64,000 nucleotides of DNA from NCBI GenBank assembly GCA_964505185.1, contig CAZDGM010000002.1, forward strand, positions 72,597 to 136,596, read 5' to 3'. This stretch comes from an uncultured Thermodesulfobacteriota bacterium. GTDB taxonomy: Bacteria; Desulfobacterota; JBBIRW01. How positions within the stretch are numbered: the stretch's first letter is position 1; each line of letters opens with the position of its first letter. Positions 28,889 to 40,094 of this stretch are shown here, in pieces. The translations under genes were made by a program, and so were the position numbers. Under the pieces are notes generated by a model. The model did not search any database and was not told where the DNA came from. It saw nothing but the letters and a program-made list of their open reading frames with translations.

Positions 28889-29765
28889 TTATTAAACCTC
28901 TAATAGTTGCATCTCTTGCCTTCTTTGAAGCCGCAAATGTTCTTCTCAGCAGTTCCCTATCACCCTCTCTGATAGCCCTTTTCATATTCTCTAATTCCTT
29001 TTCAAAAGATTCTATTGCATAAAGGATATTGTCCCTGTTAAGGATACATATATCTCTCCACATGATAGGATCGCTTGATGCGATCCTTGTAAAATCCCTG
29101 AAGCCTGCCCCTGTAAACCGGAAAAGTTCCCCGTAGTATTCCTCTGCATTGGCAACTGTATTTACTATCGTATATGCAAGAACATGTGGAAGATGGCTGA
29201 CCATTGCAAATATCCTGTCATGTTCAACAGGATCCATCTCAACAACAGAACTTCCAAGCCTCTTCCACATCTCCTTTACTATATTCAATGCATCAGGATT
29301 AGTTTTTTCAGTTGGTGTAAGGACACAGATCTTTCCATCAAACAGTGTGGAGAAGGATGCATCAAAGCCTGAAAATTCTGTTCCCGCCAGCGGGTGCCCA
29401 CCGATGAAACTTACATTGGATGAAATTTCGCATTCAACCTCCTCTACAATCTTTCTCTTTATGCTTCCAACATCGGTCAAAACAAATCCGGCGCTTGTTT
29501 TTCTTAAAACCTCCTTTGCAACCTTTGTTATCTGTTCAGGAGGTGTTGATAGAATCAGTAAATCGGTTTCATCAATTACGTCAAAAATATTATTTGTAAC
29601 CTTTTCTGCAATTCCTGCCTCTTCTATCTTTCTTAATGTCTCTCCGCTTATATCAACTGCGAATATTCTTCTGAAAATCTTTCTTTCGCTTGCAGCCTTT
29701 GCAATTGAACCTCCTATCAAGCCAAGTCCAACGATCGTTGCTGTATCAAGAATAAATTTATCCAT
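28851..29765 (-). CDS. tyrA: Prephenate dehydrogenase
   Basis: 304 aa with an N-terminal Rossmann fold (VGLGLIGGSIAKA) and a PDH core (GGHPLAG). Confidence 0.8.
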   Translation of the reverse strand: MDKFILDTATIVGLGLIGGSIAKAASERKIFRRIFAVDISGETLRKIEEAGIAEKVTNNIFDVIDETDLLILSTPPEQITKVAKEVLRKTSAGFVLTDVGSIKRKIVEEVECEISSNVSFIGGHPLAGTEFSGFDASFSTLFDGKICVLTPTEKTNPDALNIVKEMWKRLGSSVVEMDPVEHDRIFAMVSHLPHVLAYTIVNTVANAEEYYGELFRFTGAGFRDFTRIASSDPIMWRDICILNRDNILYAIESFEKELENMKRAIREGDRELLRRTFAASKKARDATIRGLINGECKAWKSKED

Positions 29766-30778
29766 TAAAGACCCCTTCCAACAACCTTCGCAATCTTCTT
29801 AATGGCCTTCATGAGCTCCAGAAATCTATCAGGTTTAAGTGCCTGTGGTCCATCACATAAAGCCTTTTCAGGTTGATTATGAACCTCAACCATCACACCA
29901 TCAGCACCTGCCGCAATTGCAGCCATAGCCATCGGTTCTATGAGGTCCCACCTTCCAACCCCATGGCTTGGATCTACAAATATTGGAAGGTGACTCAATT
30001 GTTTAACGACAGGGACAGCGCTTAGATCAAGTGTATTTCTTGTTGCTGTTTCAAAGGTTCTTATCCCCCTTTCACAGAGGATTACATTGTTATTTCCCTG
30101 AGAAACGATATACTCTGCAGACATAAGCCATTCTTGAATTGTTGCGCTCAATCCTCTCTTAAGCATTACTGGCATCTTCGTAAGACCGATCTCTTTCAAA
30201 AGCTTGAAGTTCTGCATATTTCTTGCTCCAATCTGAATTATATCTGCATATTCACAGACATCTTCTATATCCCTTGGATCCATTACCTCTGTAATAACAG
30301 GGATACCTGTAACCTTCTTTGCCTCACGGAGATATTTGAGCCCTTCAACACCAAGCCCCTGGAAGCTGTAAGGCGATGTTCTTGGTTTAAAAGCACCACC
30401 CCTCAATATTGTTGCACCCGCTTTTTTGACAAACTTTGCAATCTCTACAATCATCTCTTTGTTCTCGACCGCGCAAGGACCTGCAATTACATGAACCTTT
30501 TTTGAACCGATTCTTAACCCATTGACCCTTATCACAGTGGACTCTGATTTAAACTCTCTGCTTACGAGTTTGAATGGCTTAAGGATGGGAAGAACCTTTT
30601 CTACACCAGGCATCACCTCAAGGGGCTCGCCCTGCAAAATAGCTTCGTCCCCGACAGCTCCAACTATTGTCCTGAATTTCCCCTTTGAAATATGAGCTTT
30701 TAAACCAAGGCTTTCCAGTCGCTCAACTATCCTTTTTAGATCATCTTTTGTTGCGTCAGGTTTTAAAACAATTATCAT
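29765..30778 (-). CDS. 3-deoxy-7-phosphoheptulonate (DAHP) synthase, type I-beta with N-terminal regulatory domain
   Basis: 337 aa with a ferredoxin-like N-domain followed by a DAHPS/KDO8PS-type TIM barrel (GPCAVE, KPRTSPYSFQG). Confidence 0.8.
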   Translation of the reverse strand: MIIVLKPDATKDDLKRIVERLESLGLKAHISKGKFRTIVGAVGDEAILQGEPLEVMPGVEKVLPILKPFKLVSREFKSESTVIRVNGLRIGSKKVHVIAGPCAVENKEMIVEIAKFVKKAGATILRGGAFKPRTSPYSFQGLGVEGLKYLREAKKVTGIPVITEVMDPRDIEDVCEYADIIQIGARNMQNFKLLKEIGLTKMPVMLKRGLSATIQEWLMSAEYIVSQGNNNVILCERGIRTFETATRNTLDLSAVPVVKQLSHLPIFVDPSHGVGRWDLIEPMAMAAIAAGADGVMVEVHNQPEKALCDGPQALKPDRFLELMKAIKKIAKVVGRGL

Positions 30779-30805
30779 TTTATTATCCTCTGTTTTTGCT
30801 TTATG

Positions 30806-31903
30806 TTATTTGATCTCAGATAAAACTTTCTTCAGAGCCTTTATAAACTTCTCATTCTCCTGAGCCAATCCCACTGTAACCCTTATAAATTCCTTCAAAC
30901 CAAACCCTCCCATGGGTCTTACTATAACTCCTTCCTTCTGGAGCATCTTATATACAAGATGACCATCTCCTTTAACATTTATCAGGAAAAAATTTGCCTG
31001 GGTCTTTATATATTCAAGACCCATCTTATCCAGTTCGGAATAAAGATATTCAAGTCCTTTTCTATTAATTTCCTGCGATAAATGAACATGCTCATCATCA
31101 TCGAGTGCATAAAATGCACCTATCTGGGCAAGAGAATTAACATTAAAGGGTTGCCTTACCCTGTTCATATATTCAATTATCTCCGGTTTAGCAATCCCAT
31201 AACCGATTCTTAATCCAGCGAGTCCGTAAATTTTTGAAAATGTTCTTAACGTAACAAGATTTCTCTTTCCATTCTGGTAATGCAAGGAATCAGGGAATCC
31301 TGAATCAGTTACATATTCAGCATATGCTTCATCGATAACAGTTATGATGTCTTCGGGAACTGCTGAAAGAAATCTTTCGAACTCCTTCTTTCTGAAGATG
31401 GTCCCTGTTGGATTGTTAGGATTTGCAAGGAATATAATCCTTGTTTTATCGGTTACTGCCCCAAGTATTCCATCAAGATCTATACAAAAGTTCTTTAAAG
31501 GAACAGGCACTGAAATGCCATTTGCCGCCTTAACAATGAGTTTATAAACAACAAATGAAGGATCAGCCATAATAACTTGATCGTCCTTCTTCATAAAGGT
31601 TCTAACAATTAGTTCTATTATTTCATTCGAACCATTTCCAAAGATTATATTCTCCTCCTTAAATCCCAGCTTGGCTGCAAGCTTCCTCTTAAGATAATAG
31701 CAACCCCCGTCAGGATATCTGTTCAATTTATGGAGCTCTTTGATTATGCCCTCAATTGCTTTCCTTGAGGGTCCAACAGGATTTTCATTTGAAGCCAGTT
31801 TAACAGTTCCACTTATTCCAAGCTCACGCTCCAGCTCCTCTATTGGTTTCCCAGGTTGATATGGAATCAGTTCCTCGATATTTCTTTCAACAAGTTTTTT
31901 CAT
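30806..31903 (-). CDS. hisC: Histidinol-phosphate/aromatic aminotransferase (class II PLP)
   Basis: 365 aa; KLASNENPVGPS and the PLP lysine region (TFSKIYGLAGLRIGY). Confidence 0.8.
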   Translation of the reverse strand: MKKLVERNIEELIPYQPGKPIEELERELGISGTVKLASNENPVGPSRKAIEGIIKELHKLNRYPDGGCYYLKRKLAAKLGFKEENIIFGNGSNEIIELIVRTFMKKDDQVIMADPSFVVYKLIVKAANGISVPVPLKNFCIDLDGILGAVTDKTRIIFLANPNNPTGTIFRKKEFERFLSAVPEDIITVIDEAYAEYVTDSGFPDSLHYQNGKRNLVTLRTFSKIYGLAGLRIGYGIAKPEIIEYMNRVRQPFNVNSLAQIGAFYALDDDEHVHLSQEINRKGLEYLYSELDKMGLEYIKTQANFFLINVKGDGHLVYKMLQKEGVIVRPMGGFGLKEFIRVTVGLAQENEKFIKALKKVLSEIK

Positions 31904-31925
31904 TTAACCGCCTCCCTTAATCAGA

Positions 31926-33011
31926 TTACATAACCCTTGGATATGAACCAAGTATTTTTAAAAATGTGCACCTTTCTTTCAGTTCATCAACTGCCCTTTT
32001 AACTGTATCATCTTCAATATGTCCCTCAAGATCCAGAAAGAAAACATAATCCCAGGCTTTTGTCTTGTTTGGCCTTGATTCTATCTTTGTAAGATTTATG
32101 TTATTCTTTGCAAATGGCTCGAGCATTCTGTAAAGTGCTCCCACTTCATCCTTAACAGAAAAAAGTATCGATGTTTTATCCTTTCCTGTTCTTTCAGGAA
32201 TCTTTTTCCCAATCACTAGAAATCTTGTAAAATTGTTTATATTGTCTTCTATCTTCCTGTAAACAACACGTAGATCATATAAAAGAGCGGCAAATTCACT
32301 TGCTATTGCTGCACTCTTTAGGTCCTCAGATGCCATCTGTGCAGCTGCTGCAGTTGAAGCAACATCAATAACAGGTATATCAGGCATGTTGGTTTCAAGC
32401 CATTTCCTGCATTGAGCAATTGCATGTGGATGAGAATATATTCTTTTTATATCCTGTGGTCTGCCTGTTTTAGAAAGTAAATCATGAGAGACTTCAAGAA
32501 GAATCTCGCCACATATATTAATATTAGATTCAAGAAACATATCAAGCGTGTGGTTAACAACACCTTCCGTTGAATTCTCAACAGGAACAACACCAAAATC
32601 AGCACCACCCCTTTCCACAACATCAAATACTTCAGGAATCCCTCTTGCCATTATATATTCTGCAGAGAGGCCAAACCTATTTATGCAGGCAACATGTGTG
32701 AATGTAGCCTTTGGCCCCAGGAACGCAATTCTCAGCGGTTTCTCAAGTGAAAGTGATGCGGAAAGGATCTCTCTGTAAACGGATTTTATCGCCTCGCTTG
32801 GAAATGGACCTGTATTCCTATTCATAAGCCTTTCGTATATCTCCTGTTCCCTTGCCGGAACATAAAACTCCTGATTGTAATTTGTTTTTATCCTTCCGAT
32901 CTCGATAACGATCTCAGCCCTTTTATTAAGAAAATCGAGAATTGAATCATCAATCTCATCAATTTTTTTTCTCAATCTTTTTATCTCCTCATCTATCTGT
33001 ATTTCCTTCAT
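31926..33011 (-). CDS. pheA: Bifunctional chorismate mutase / prephenate dehydratase
   Basis: 361 aa with an N-terminal CM_2 helix domain, a PDT domain ([12 protein letters not shown]) and a C-terminal ACT domain. Confidence 0.85.
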   Translation of the reverse strand: MKEIQIDEEIKRLRKKIDEIDDSILDFLNKRAEIVIEIGRIKTNYNQEFYVPAREQEIYERLMNRNTGPFPSEAIKSVYREILSASLSLEKPLRIAFLGPKATFTHVACINRFGLSAEYIMARGIPEVFDVVERGGADFGVVPVENSTEGVVNHTLDMFLESNINICGEILLEVSHDLLSKTGRPQDIKRIYSHPHAIAQCRKWLETNMPDIPVIDVASTAAAAQMASEDLKSAAIASEFAALLYDLRVVYRKIEDNINNFTRFLVIGKKIPERTGKDKTSILFSVKDEVGALYRMLEPFAKNNINLTKIESRPNKTKAWDYVFFLDLEGHIEDDTVKRAVDELKERCTFLKILGSYPRVM

Positions 33012-33957
33012 AGAATGCCCCCATTGCTTTGTATTTTTTATATCTTAGAAGTGGAAGCTCATCAAAAGGAATTTCCATCAATTCGTTTAAATGTTTTTCT
33101 ATTGCCTTCTTTAGATTCCTTGCAGCATCTTCAGGATTTGAATGCGCGCCGCCAAGTGGTTCCTTCACGATCTCATCAATAACACCAAGCTCCATGAGAT
33201 CATGTGCTGTAATCTTCATTGCGCTTGCAGCCTCCGGTGCCTTGGCAGCATCCCTCCATAGAATTGATGCACATCCCTCAGGTGAAATAACAGAATAGAT
33301 CGCATACTCCATCATAAGCATCCTGTCACCAACACCTATTGCAAGCGCACCCCCGCTGCCTCCCTCACCTATTACAGCTATAATGATAGGAACCTTGAGT
33401 GAAGCCATCTCCCTTAGATTAATCGCAATTGCCTCTGCTTGCCCCCTCTCCTCAGCCCCTATACCTGGATAAGCACCTGGGGTGTCGATAAATGAAATAA
33501 TGGGTTTCCTAAAGCTTTCCGCCAGCTTCATCAATCTTAATGCCTTTCTATACCCCTCAGGATGAGCCATGCCGAAATTCCTATACAACTTTTCTTTTGT
33601 TGTTCTTCCCTTCTGATGACCTACCACCATAACTGTCTGGCCGTTAAACCTTGCAAGACCACCGACAATTGCAGGATCATCCCTAAAGAGTCTATCACCA
33701 TGAAGCTCAACAAATTCCTCAAAGAGCATCGCTATATAATCCATTGTATAGGGCCTGTTTGGGTGCCTGGAAAGCAGGGTTTTCTGCCACGGAGTAAGAT
33801 TGGAAAAGATCTCCTCCTGCAGCCTTACCATCTTCTTTCGAAGCTTTTCTATCTCCTTCCTTACCTGCTCTTCATCCTCTGAGGAAAACTGCCTCAATTC
33901 ATCTATTTTTCTTTCAATTTCCTCAATAGGCTTCTCAAATTCAAGATAAACCCTCAC
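32989..33957 (-). CDS. accA: Acetyl-CoA carboxylase carboxyltransferase subunit alpha
   Basis: 322 aa; [21 protein letters not shown]...[18 protein letters not shown] is the AccA signature. Confidence 0.9.
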   Translation of the reverse strand: MRVYLEFEKPIEEIERKIDELRQFSSEDEEQVRKEIEKLRKKMVRLQEEIFSNLTPWQKTLLSRHPNRPYTMDYIAMLFEEFVELHGDRLFRDDPAIVGGLARFNGQTVMVVGHQKGRTTKEKLYRNFGMAHPEGYRKALRLMKLAESFRKPIISFIDTPGAYPGIGAEERGQAEAIAINLREMASLKVPIIIAVIGEGGSGGALAIGVGDRMLMMEYAIYSVISPEGCASILWRDAAKAPEAASAMKITAHDLMELGVIDEIVKEPLGGAHSNPEDAARNLKKAIEKHLNELMEIPFDELPLLRYKKYKAMGAFYEGNTDR

Positions 33958-33972
33958 ACAAACCCCCTTTCA

Positions 33973-34920
33973 TCAATGCCATAAGGCATCAATATTTTTT
34001 ATAACTTCGTCTTTATCATTAGGATAGAAAAACCACCTTATTTCCGGATCCCTCCTGAACCAGGTAAGCTGTCTCTTTGCATACCTTTTTGTATCCCTTT
34101 TAATCAATCTTACCGCCTCACCCAAGCTCAACTTACCCATGAGATGAAGATAAAGATGCCTGTATCCTATTGCTCTCATAGAATTATATGAAAGATTAAG
34201 ACCTCTCTGGACAAGACCCTTTACTTCTTCAAGAAACCCCATTTCCATCATCCTATCCACCCTCTCCTCAATCCTTTTGTAAAGAAGTGATCTCTCCATG
34301 AGAAGGCCAAATTTTACATATGGGAAAGGGAGTGGATCCTTTGATGGCATTAAAAATATCTCACTTGCAGGCAATCCGGCAATAAAGTAGATTTCTAAAG
34401 CCCTTATAATCCTCTGTTTATCATTTCTATGGATTCGCGAGGCTGAAACAGGATCAACCCTCGTTAGATCTTCATAGATGGAATCGGGGTTCTTTTTCCA
34501 GATATCGTTAAGTTCCATTCTCAATGCTGGTTTTCCCTGAGGGCATGGTGAAAGCCCTTCAAGGAGTGCCTTTATATACAATCCACATCCACAAACAACA
34601 ATAACCCTTTTCCCTCTATCAACAATATCCCTTATAGCTGCCCTTGCCATTGATGCGAATTTACCTGCATTGAAATCCTCATCAGGAGAAACAACATCTA
34701 TAAGATGATGCCTTACAACCTCCATCTCCCGTGGGGAGGGCTTTGCACTCCCTATGTCCATATACTTGTAAACCTGTTGAGAATCGCAATTAACAATTTC
34801 AGCATTAAACCTGATTGCAACCTCCATTGCAAGTTCCGATTTTCCAGTTGCAGTAGGGGCTATCAGGAAAATTATTGGGTGGCTGCTTCCATAAAATGGA
34901 AAAGCTTGATTTTTCTCCAT
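33973..34920 (-). CDS. miaA: tRNA dimethylallyltransferase
   Basis: 315 aa with P-loop APTATGKS and the conserved VGGTGLY-type motif. Confidence 0.9.
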   Translation of the reverse strand: MEKNQAFPFYGSSHPIIFLIAPTATGKSELAMEVAIRFNAEIVNCDSQQVYKYMDIGSAKPSPREMEVVRHHLIDVVSPDEDFNAGKFASMARAAIRDIVDRGKRVIVVCGCGLYIKALLEGLSPCPQGKPALRMELNDIWKKNPDSIYEDLTRVDPVSASRIHRNDKQRIIRALEIYFIAGLPASEIFLMPSKDPLPFPYVKFGLLMERSLLYKRIEERVDRMMEMGFLEEVKGLVQRGLNLSYNSMRAIGYRHLYLHLMGKLSLGEAVRLIKRDTKRYAKRQLTWFRRDPEIRWFFYPNDKDEVIKNIDALWH

Positions 34921-35152
34921 ATTCTGATTAATTATCTTATGAGATTATCAAAAAATCCTTCTGTTTTCAACTTATAGAATGCTCATGCACCCTTTCCACA
35001 GAATAATTCCAGTACTTATGTCGATCCTGTCCATACCTTTTTTAATACTCTGGGCAGCTGGATCAATCCTTTCCCGCATCTTCACAAATCCCTTCCCTCC
35101 CAAACTTATAGCTGTAAAGCACCCCATAGCTCCAAAAAGGTCAGAAAAAACA

Positions 35153-36163
35153 ATGGACGAGGTGATAAGTCTGCTCGAAGATATACCTTTAAAACCCCTT
35201 CCCATCTCCGGGATATTAAGCACAGCATTAAAGCATCTGCCTGACCTTATTCCATTTCTGATTTCAACAAAAAGATCTGTCTCCACATTTCTATATCCTT
35301 ATCCTAGGGAATTCAGGCATCTACTCCTTCAGGGTGAAGATGGATATCCATTTTCCTCGCTCTGCGCCCTCTATCCAGATAATATAAAAAGGCCTGCACT
35401 GTTAATACTCCATGGGCTTCTTTGCACAAAGAATTTTCAATATGTAAGGGATATAGCCCTGAGGGCATTCTATAAATGGGGATTTCATGTTATGGCTATC
35501 GATCTCAGGGATTTTGGCGATACCTTAAGGGTGAATATAAAACCGAGCAGTGTGGGATTGATGGAAAAAGGAGACATTGAGAGTGCTGCATCATTTCTCC
35601 TTAATACGGGCAAGGTAAGTTATGTGTGTCTTCTGGGCTTCAGTCTTGGCGGTCTTTATGTGTTAAATGCATCAAGAAACCCCGAACTTTTTAAGGGAGG
35701 GGCTATCGCCTTAAGCCCCCCGCTTGATGTAAGGAAATCCATTGAAAGAATCTCCACTAAACCCCCATGGTTTGATGGGTTTATATTTGCCTACTACCTT
35801 TACAGGATGGCCTTCAGATCAAAGATGAAAAGTGATGGAATATACCCGCCTTTTGATAATTTCAGGGACTACATCTTGAAACGAAGCTGTGTGCAATATT
35901 CCATATCCTTCGATGAACTTATCAAGAAGACGGATCCTTTCCATTTTATTGATGAGATAAAGGTACCTGTGCTTATTTTTCACAGCAAAGATGACCCTAT
36001 AATCCCTGTTGAGCAGGCATTCACTTTCAGAAACAGTGTTGGGGGAAATCCCATGATAAGGGTCTGGATTACAGAGAGGGGAGGACACTGTGCATTTTCA
36101 GTGGTTGCTTGCAAGTGGTTCTATAATGTTCTACTTCAATTTTACAGCTACTGGACCTCCTGA
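35153..36163 (+). CDS. Alpha/beta hydrolase (YheT/ABHD-like). The ORF is open from 34979, and the start is placed at an internal Met.
   Basis: The nucleophile elbow GFSLGG and the HSKDDPIIP region are followed by a GGH catalytic-triad His. Length from 35153 is about 336 aa, typical for the family. Confidence 0.65.
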   Translation: MDEVISLLEDIPLKPLPISGILSTALKHLPDLIPFLISTKRSVSTFLYPYPREFRHLLLQGEDGYPFSSLCALYPDNIKRPALLILHGLLCTKNFQYVRDIALRAFYKWGFHVMAIDLRDFGDTLRVNIKPSSVGLMEKGDIESAASFLLNTGKVSYVCLLGFSLGGLYVLNASRNPELFKGGAIALSPPLDVRKSIERISTKPPWFDGFIFAYYLYRMAFRSKMKSDGIYPPFDNFRDYILKRSCVQYSISFDELIKKTDPFHFIDEIKVPVLIFHSKDDPIIPVEQAFTFRNSVGGNPMIRVWITERGGHCAFSVVACKWFYNVLLQFYSYWTS

Positions 36164-36170
36164 ATGGATA

Positions 36171-36701
36171 CTAGGGTGTTTCAACTGTAAATTCAGGAAT
36201 ATCCATCCAGAATCCACTTTTTGTGATGCTATCAATTTCTGCCCTAATTAATCTGTAATGCCCATCCTCTATCTGTGCGAGCCTTTCAAAGGTATCCTTA
36301 AGATTCGGATCCATTGTCTTTTTTGACTCACCAAGATAGAATTCCCTTGCATTTTCTTCAAGCTTCAAAGCAAGATTTAATGCATCAAGATCCGTTATCT
36401 TTGACTTTTCACTCTTCGAAACTTCAGAGATTTTGGGGAAAAGCCTTTCTACAATTGATGACGATATCTCCGGCGATGAGAACTTCCCGTGCTCTGCATA
36501 TTTCTCCCTCAGTCCTTTTAGCAACAAATAGTGATCCAGTTCATCATTTGCAAGTATAACAAACATATTTTTGCCGGAAATATTCTCAGTTTCTCTTGCA
36601 AATCGGAGATAATTTTTTAAACCTGTTACCTCGAGATTCATCGCTGTTTCAAAAAGATCGACCATTTTTTTATTAACCTCCTTTTTTCTTCTCATTCCCA
36701 T
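36171..36701 (-). CDS. Ferritin-like / rubrerythrin-family diiron protein
   Basis: 176 aa with two Ex(n)EDxH-like helices (NDELDHY, QIEDGHY). Confidence 0.5.
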   Translation of the reverse strand: MGMRRKKEVNKKMVDLFETAMNLEVTGLKNYLRFARETENISGKNMFVILANDELDHYLLLKGLREKYAEHGKFSSPEISSSIVERLFPKISEVSKSEKSKITDLDALNLALKLEENAREFYLGESKKTMDPNLKDTFERLAQIEDGHYRLIRAEIDSITKSGFWMDIPEFTVETP

Positions 36702-36739
36702 CCTCTAACCTCCATAGAATATTCATATTGTAAATCCCA

Positions 36740-38161
36740 TTACTGTCTCTCTGTTACTGTCTTCCAAATATATATATCGCTTCTACCGGAGAGAAACAAG
36801 CCTAAATCATCCTTAATCGATTCATATCCCTTTTTTCCGCATAATGCATAAGTGTAAGTTTTGATCTGTTCAACGGATGGCTGGTCGAAAGGATTTACAT
36901 GGAGAAATTTTCCGGTAAGCATGGTTACAAATTCCATAAGATAGATCATCATCCCCATATTGAATGAACTGATTGATGAGAGCGTTATTGTGATATTTGG
37001 AACACCAGCTCTTGTTAAAGAAATCTCTGTTGCTTTCCTTTCATAATTGATCAGTTCACCAAGGCTTTTCCCCATGAGGTATTTTACCTCCTCATCATTA
37101 AAGGATTCGGGTAAATTTACATCGACTGGATAATTTTCAATTGCAAAGAAAAGAACCACCTTATCCTTAGGTCCTTCCAAATACAGCTGCAGCTGAGAAT
37201 GTTGATCCACCGTTCCAACTGCACGGATGGGTGTTTGACCTGTCCTCACCTCATCTCCCTTCTCATCAAACCTTTTCCCCAGACTTTCTGCCCATAGTTG
37301 TCTGAACCAATCTACAAACCCAATCAGTGCCTCACTGTAAGTCATGCAGATAAGTATGTTTTTGTTTTTTCTGGTTCCCAGAAGGTAAAGAAGCATAGAA
37401 AGAAGAAGCGCTGGATTATCCATGAACTCTTTTTTCCAGCACAAATCATCCATAAAGGCAGAGCCTTCAAGCAACTCCTCAACAGGTATCCCCATCATCA
37501 TCGCAGGCAGAAGCCCAACAGGGGTCAGCACAGAAAATCTTCCCCCAACATTCTTAGGTATTTCAAGCATCCGCAAATTTTCTTCAAATGCCTTCTTTCT
37601 CAGAAAACCCCTTTCTGGATGCGTTGTTATTATTACCCTCTGCCTCCATCCCTCCCCCAGATGTCTTTCAAGCAATTCCTTTATTATCATAAATTGGGCA
37701 AGTGTTTCCGTTGTTGCTCCAGATTTACTTATCACATTTACCGCAGCCTTTTCCCACCTGATCATTCTTAATCGGGAGGAAAATGTCCAGGGATCTATAT
37801 TATCAAGGAAGTAGACCTTTTTACACTGACCAGATGATTCCGTAAAGGTTGAATATTCTCTCATGGCATTCCACAGTGCAATCCCTCCAAGAGCTGACCC
37901 TCCTGTTCCAAGAACAACAAAATCATCTATATCAGCCCAGAGAGAGAGGGCTATATCCCTTACTTCGTCAACAATTTCCCTGCTGAAGGGTAGTGACAAA
38001 AACCCTATGTTTCCCTTTTCCCTTTTTATCTCTTCAAGGAATGACAATGATTCATCTTTCAGTTGATAAAGCTCACTTTCTGTGATTCCATTTTCCTCGC
38101 CTAAAAATCTTGCCATCGCAAAATTATAATCGATGCTCAGTTCATTTCTCACCTTATTCAC
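36740..38161 (-). CDS. pgi: Glucose-6-phosphate isomerase
   Basis: 473 aa with the PGI signatures SKSGATTET and GGRFSVLTPVG. Confidence 0.85.
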   Translation of the reverse strand: MNKVRNELSIDYNFAMARFLGEENGITESELYQLKDESLSFLEEIKREKGNIGFLSLPFSREIVDEVRDIALSLWADIDDFVVLGTGGSALGGIALWNAMREYSTFTESSGQCKKVYFLDNIDPWTFSSRLRMIRWEKAAVNVISKSGATTETLAQFMIIKELLERHLGEGWRQRVIITTHPERGFLRKKAFEENLRMLEIPKNVGGRFSVLTPVGLLPAMMMGIPVEELLEGSAFMDDLCWKKEFMDNPALLLSMLLYLLGTRKNKNILICMTYSEALIGFVDWFRQLWAESLGKRFDEKGDEVRTGQTPIRAVGTVDQHSQLQLYLEGPKDKVVLFFAIENYPVDVNLPESFNDEEVKYLMGKSLGELINYERKATEISLTRAGVPNITITLSSISSFNMGMMIYLMEFVTMLTGKFLHVNPFDQPSVEQIKTYTYALCGKKGYESIKDDLGLFLSGRSDIYIWKTVTERQ

Positions 38162-38927
38162 CCTTAATCCCTTTTACAGATCTCTTTACTTCATACATTA
38201 ACTTAGGCAGGATTTCACCGGCCTTTCCTTTAAGAAAATAATCGGATATGGAATCGGTTAACCCTGTTTTTTCAGGATTTATCTCGATTATCCTTGCACC
38301 CTTTGCCTTTGCAGCATATGGTATAGTACATGCGGGAAGAACAGATGCCGAGGTTCCAATTACAAATAAAAGATCGCACTTCGATATCTCCATCTCAGCC
38401 ATCTTCAATGCCTCATAAGGGATATTCTCACCAAAAAATATAACATCAGGTTTTAATATTCCACCGCAATGACATCGAGGTGGTATGTTATCAAGATCTA
38501 TCTCATAGAGCGTAAATAATCTTTTACATGAAAAGCAAACAACCCTTCTACCATTTCCATGAAATTCAATAACATTTCTGCTTCCAGCGAGCTGATGAAG
38601 TCCATCCACGTTCTGTGTTATTATAAAGTGAAGAAAAACCATTTTCTCAAGTTCAGCAAGGCAATAATGGGCAGGGTTTGGTTTTGCCTCTATGAGCTGT
38701 TTACTCATGTCTCTAAGCATAGTCCACACTTTTCCGGGATTGAAAATAAAGGCATCGATTGTTGCATACTCATCAGGATTATATTTTTCCCATAAGCCCT
38801 GTGATCCCCTGAATGCAGGAATACCGCTTTCAACAGATATCCCTGCACCTGTTAAGGCACCGCACCTTTTTGAATTAATAACAAGTGATGCAACCCTTGC
38901 TATAATCTCATCAGAAAAATAATCCAT
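38154..38927 (-). CDS. NAD-dependent protein deacylase (Sir2/CobB family)
   Basis: 257 aa; GAGISVESGIPAFRG, QNVDGLH and the Zn ribbon CxxC...C.C. Confidence 0.85.
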   Translation of the reverse strand: MDYFSDEIIARVASLVINSKRCGALTGAGISVESGIPAFRGSQGLWEKYNPDEYATIDAFIFNPGKVWTMLRDMSKQLIEAKPNPAHYCLAELEKMVFLHFIITQNVDGLHQLAGSRNVIEFHGNGRRVVCFSCKRLFTLYEIDLDNIPPRCHCGGILKPDVIFFGENIPYEALKMAEMEISKCDLLFVIGTSASVLPACTIPYAAKAKGARIIEINPEKTGLTDSISDYFLKGKAGEILPKLMYEVKRSVKGIKGE

Positions 38928-38932
38928 AACCT

Positions 38933-40090
38933 TCAGACTATTATCCTTTTTTCTTTAAGTCGGGTGATTTCATTGCCACTGAACCCGAGTTCCATCATTA
39001 TTGATTCCGTATCGGAGTAAGGACTGCAGGGTTTAAGTTGATCACCCTCCTCATGGGGAATAAATCTCAATGGAATCCCCAGAAATTTCTTCCCATCTGA
39101 TTCCTCTATTATTTCAGCAAAATTTGCTTTTATAAATTTGTATGCCTCATCCATAGAAAAAACAGGCTCCATACATGCGTCCACATCACGGAATATCTCC
39201 TCCCATTCTTTCCTCGTTTTTGTTGAGATAATCCGAGAAATTATAGTTCTTAACCCTTGCTGATCCTCGCAGTACTGGGCATCAATCAGATCCTCCCTCC
39301 CTACTGCCCTGCAAAAGTTATCCCAGAATTTCCTCTCAAGGGATCCCATAGATATAAATTTACCATCTTTTGTTTTGTATATATTGTAACATGCAAGCCC
39401 ACCTGACAGTGGAATCCCTTTCTCTGGAGACCATCCATAATTCAGAAATGCATAATAATAATTTTGCATGAGGGAGAGGATGGAGCCATACATGGAGAGA
39501 TCTATATACCTTCCCTTTCCGGATATCCTGGATTCCAGAAGAGATGCAAGAATAGCTATTGATGCCCAGAATCCTGCCGCAAGGTCAGCCATCTGGACCG
39601 GAGGAGGCGTTTCTTTATCGAAGGTTGAAAGGAAGAGATGGAGCATTCCAGAAAGTGCCATATAGTTTATATCATGGTCACCCCTCATAGAGTAATTTCC
39701 ACTCTGTCCGTATCCTGTAATGGAGCAGTAGACAAGGGCTAGATTCAAATCCTTCACCCTCTCATAATCAAACCCAAGTCTCTCCATAACACCTGGCCTG
39801 AATTGTTCAACAAGCACAGAGGCAGTTTTTATAAGCCTTATAAATATCTCCTTACCTTCCCTTTCCTTAAGATTGAGCCCGATGCTCCTCTTCCCCCTGT
39901 TCAGCGCACTGTAGAGTGTATCATCACCGTCATAAACCGGATTTATAAACTGCGAGATCTCTATCCCACCTATTTGCTCAACCCTTATAACATCAGCTCC
40001 AAGGTCTGAAAGAATCATTGTACAGAATGGACCAGGAATATATCTGGTGAGATCTATTACCTTTATTCCATGAAGAAGCTTTTCCTTCAT
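38933..40090 (-). CDS. Family III CoA-transferase (CaiB/BaiF/Frc family)
   Basis: 385 aa; N-terminal GIKVIDLTRYIPGPFCTMILSDLGADVIRVE is the CoA_transf_3 signature. Confidence 0.8.
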   Translation of the reverse strand: MKEKLLHGIKVIDLTRYIPGPFCTMILSDLGADVIRVEQIGGIEISQFINPVYDGDDTLYSALNRGKRSIGLNLKEREGKEIFIRLIKTASVLVEQFRPGVMERLGFDYERVKDLNLALVYCSITGYGQSGNYSMRGDHDINYMALSGMLHLFLSTFDKETPPPVQMADLAAGFWASIAILASLLESRISGKGRYIDLSMYGSILSLMQNYYYAFLNYGWSPEKGIPLSGGLACYNIYKTKDGKFISMGSLERKFWDNFCRAVGREDLIDAQYCEDQQGLRTIISRIISTKTRKEWEEIFRDVDACMEPVFSMDEAYKFIKANFAEIIEESDGKKFLGIPLRFIPHEEGDQLKPCSPYSDTESIMMELGFSGNEITRLKEKRIIV

Positions 40091-40094
40091 GAAC

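Noticed and set aside
34972-35286. 104-aa minus-strand ORF overlapping the 5' end of the alpha/beta hydrolase ORF
   Set aside because: No recognisable domain. It sits in the divergent intergenic region between miaA and the hydrolase, which more plausibly starts at the internal Met at 35153.
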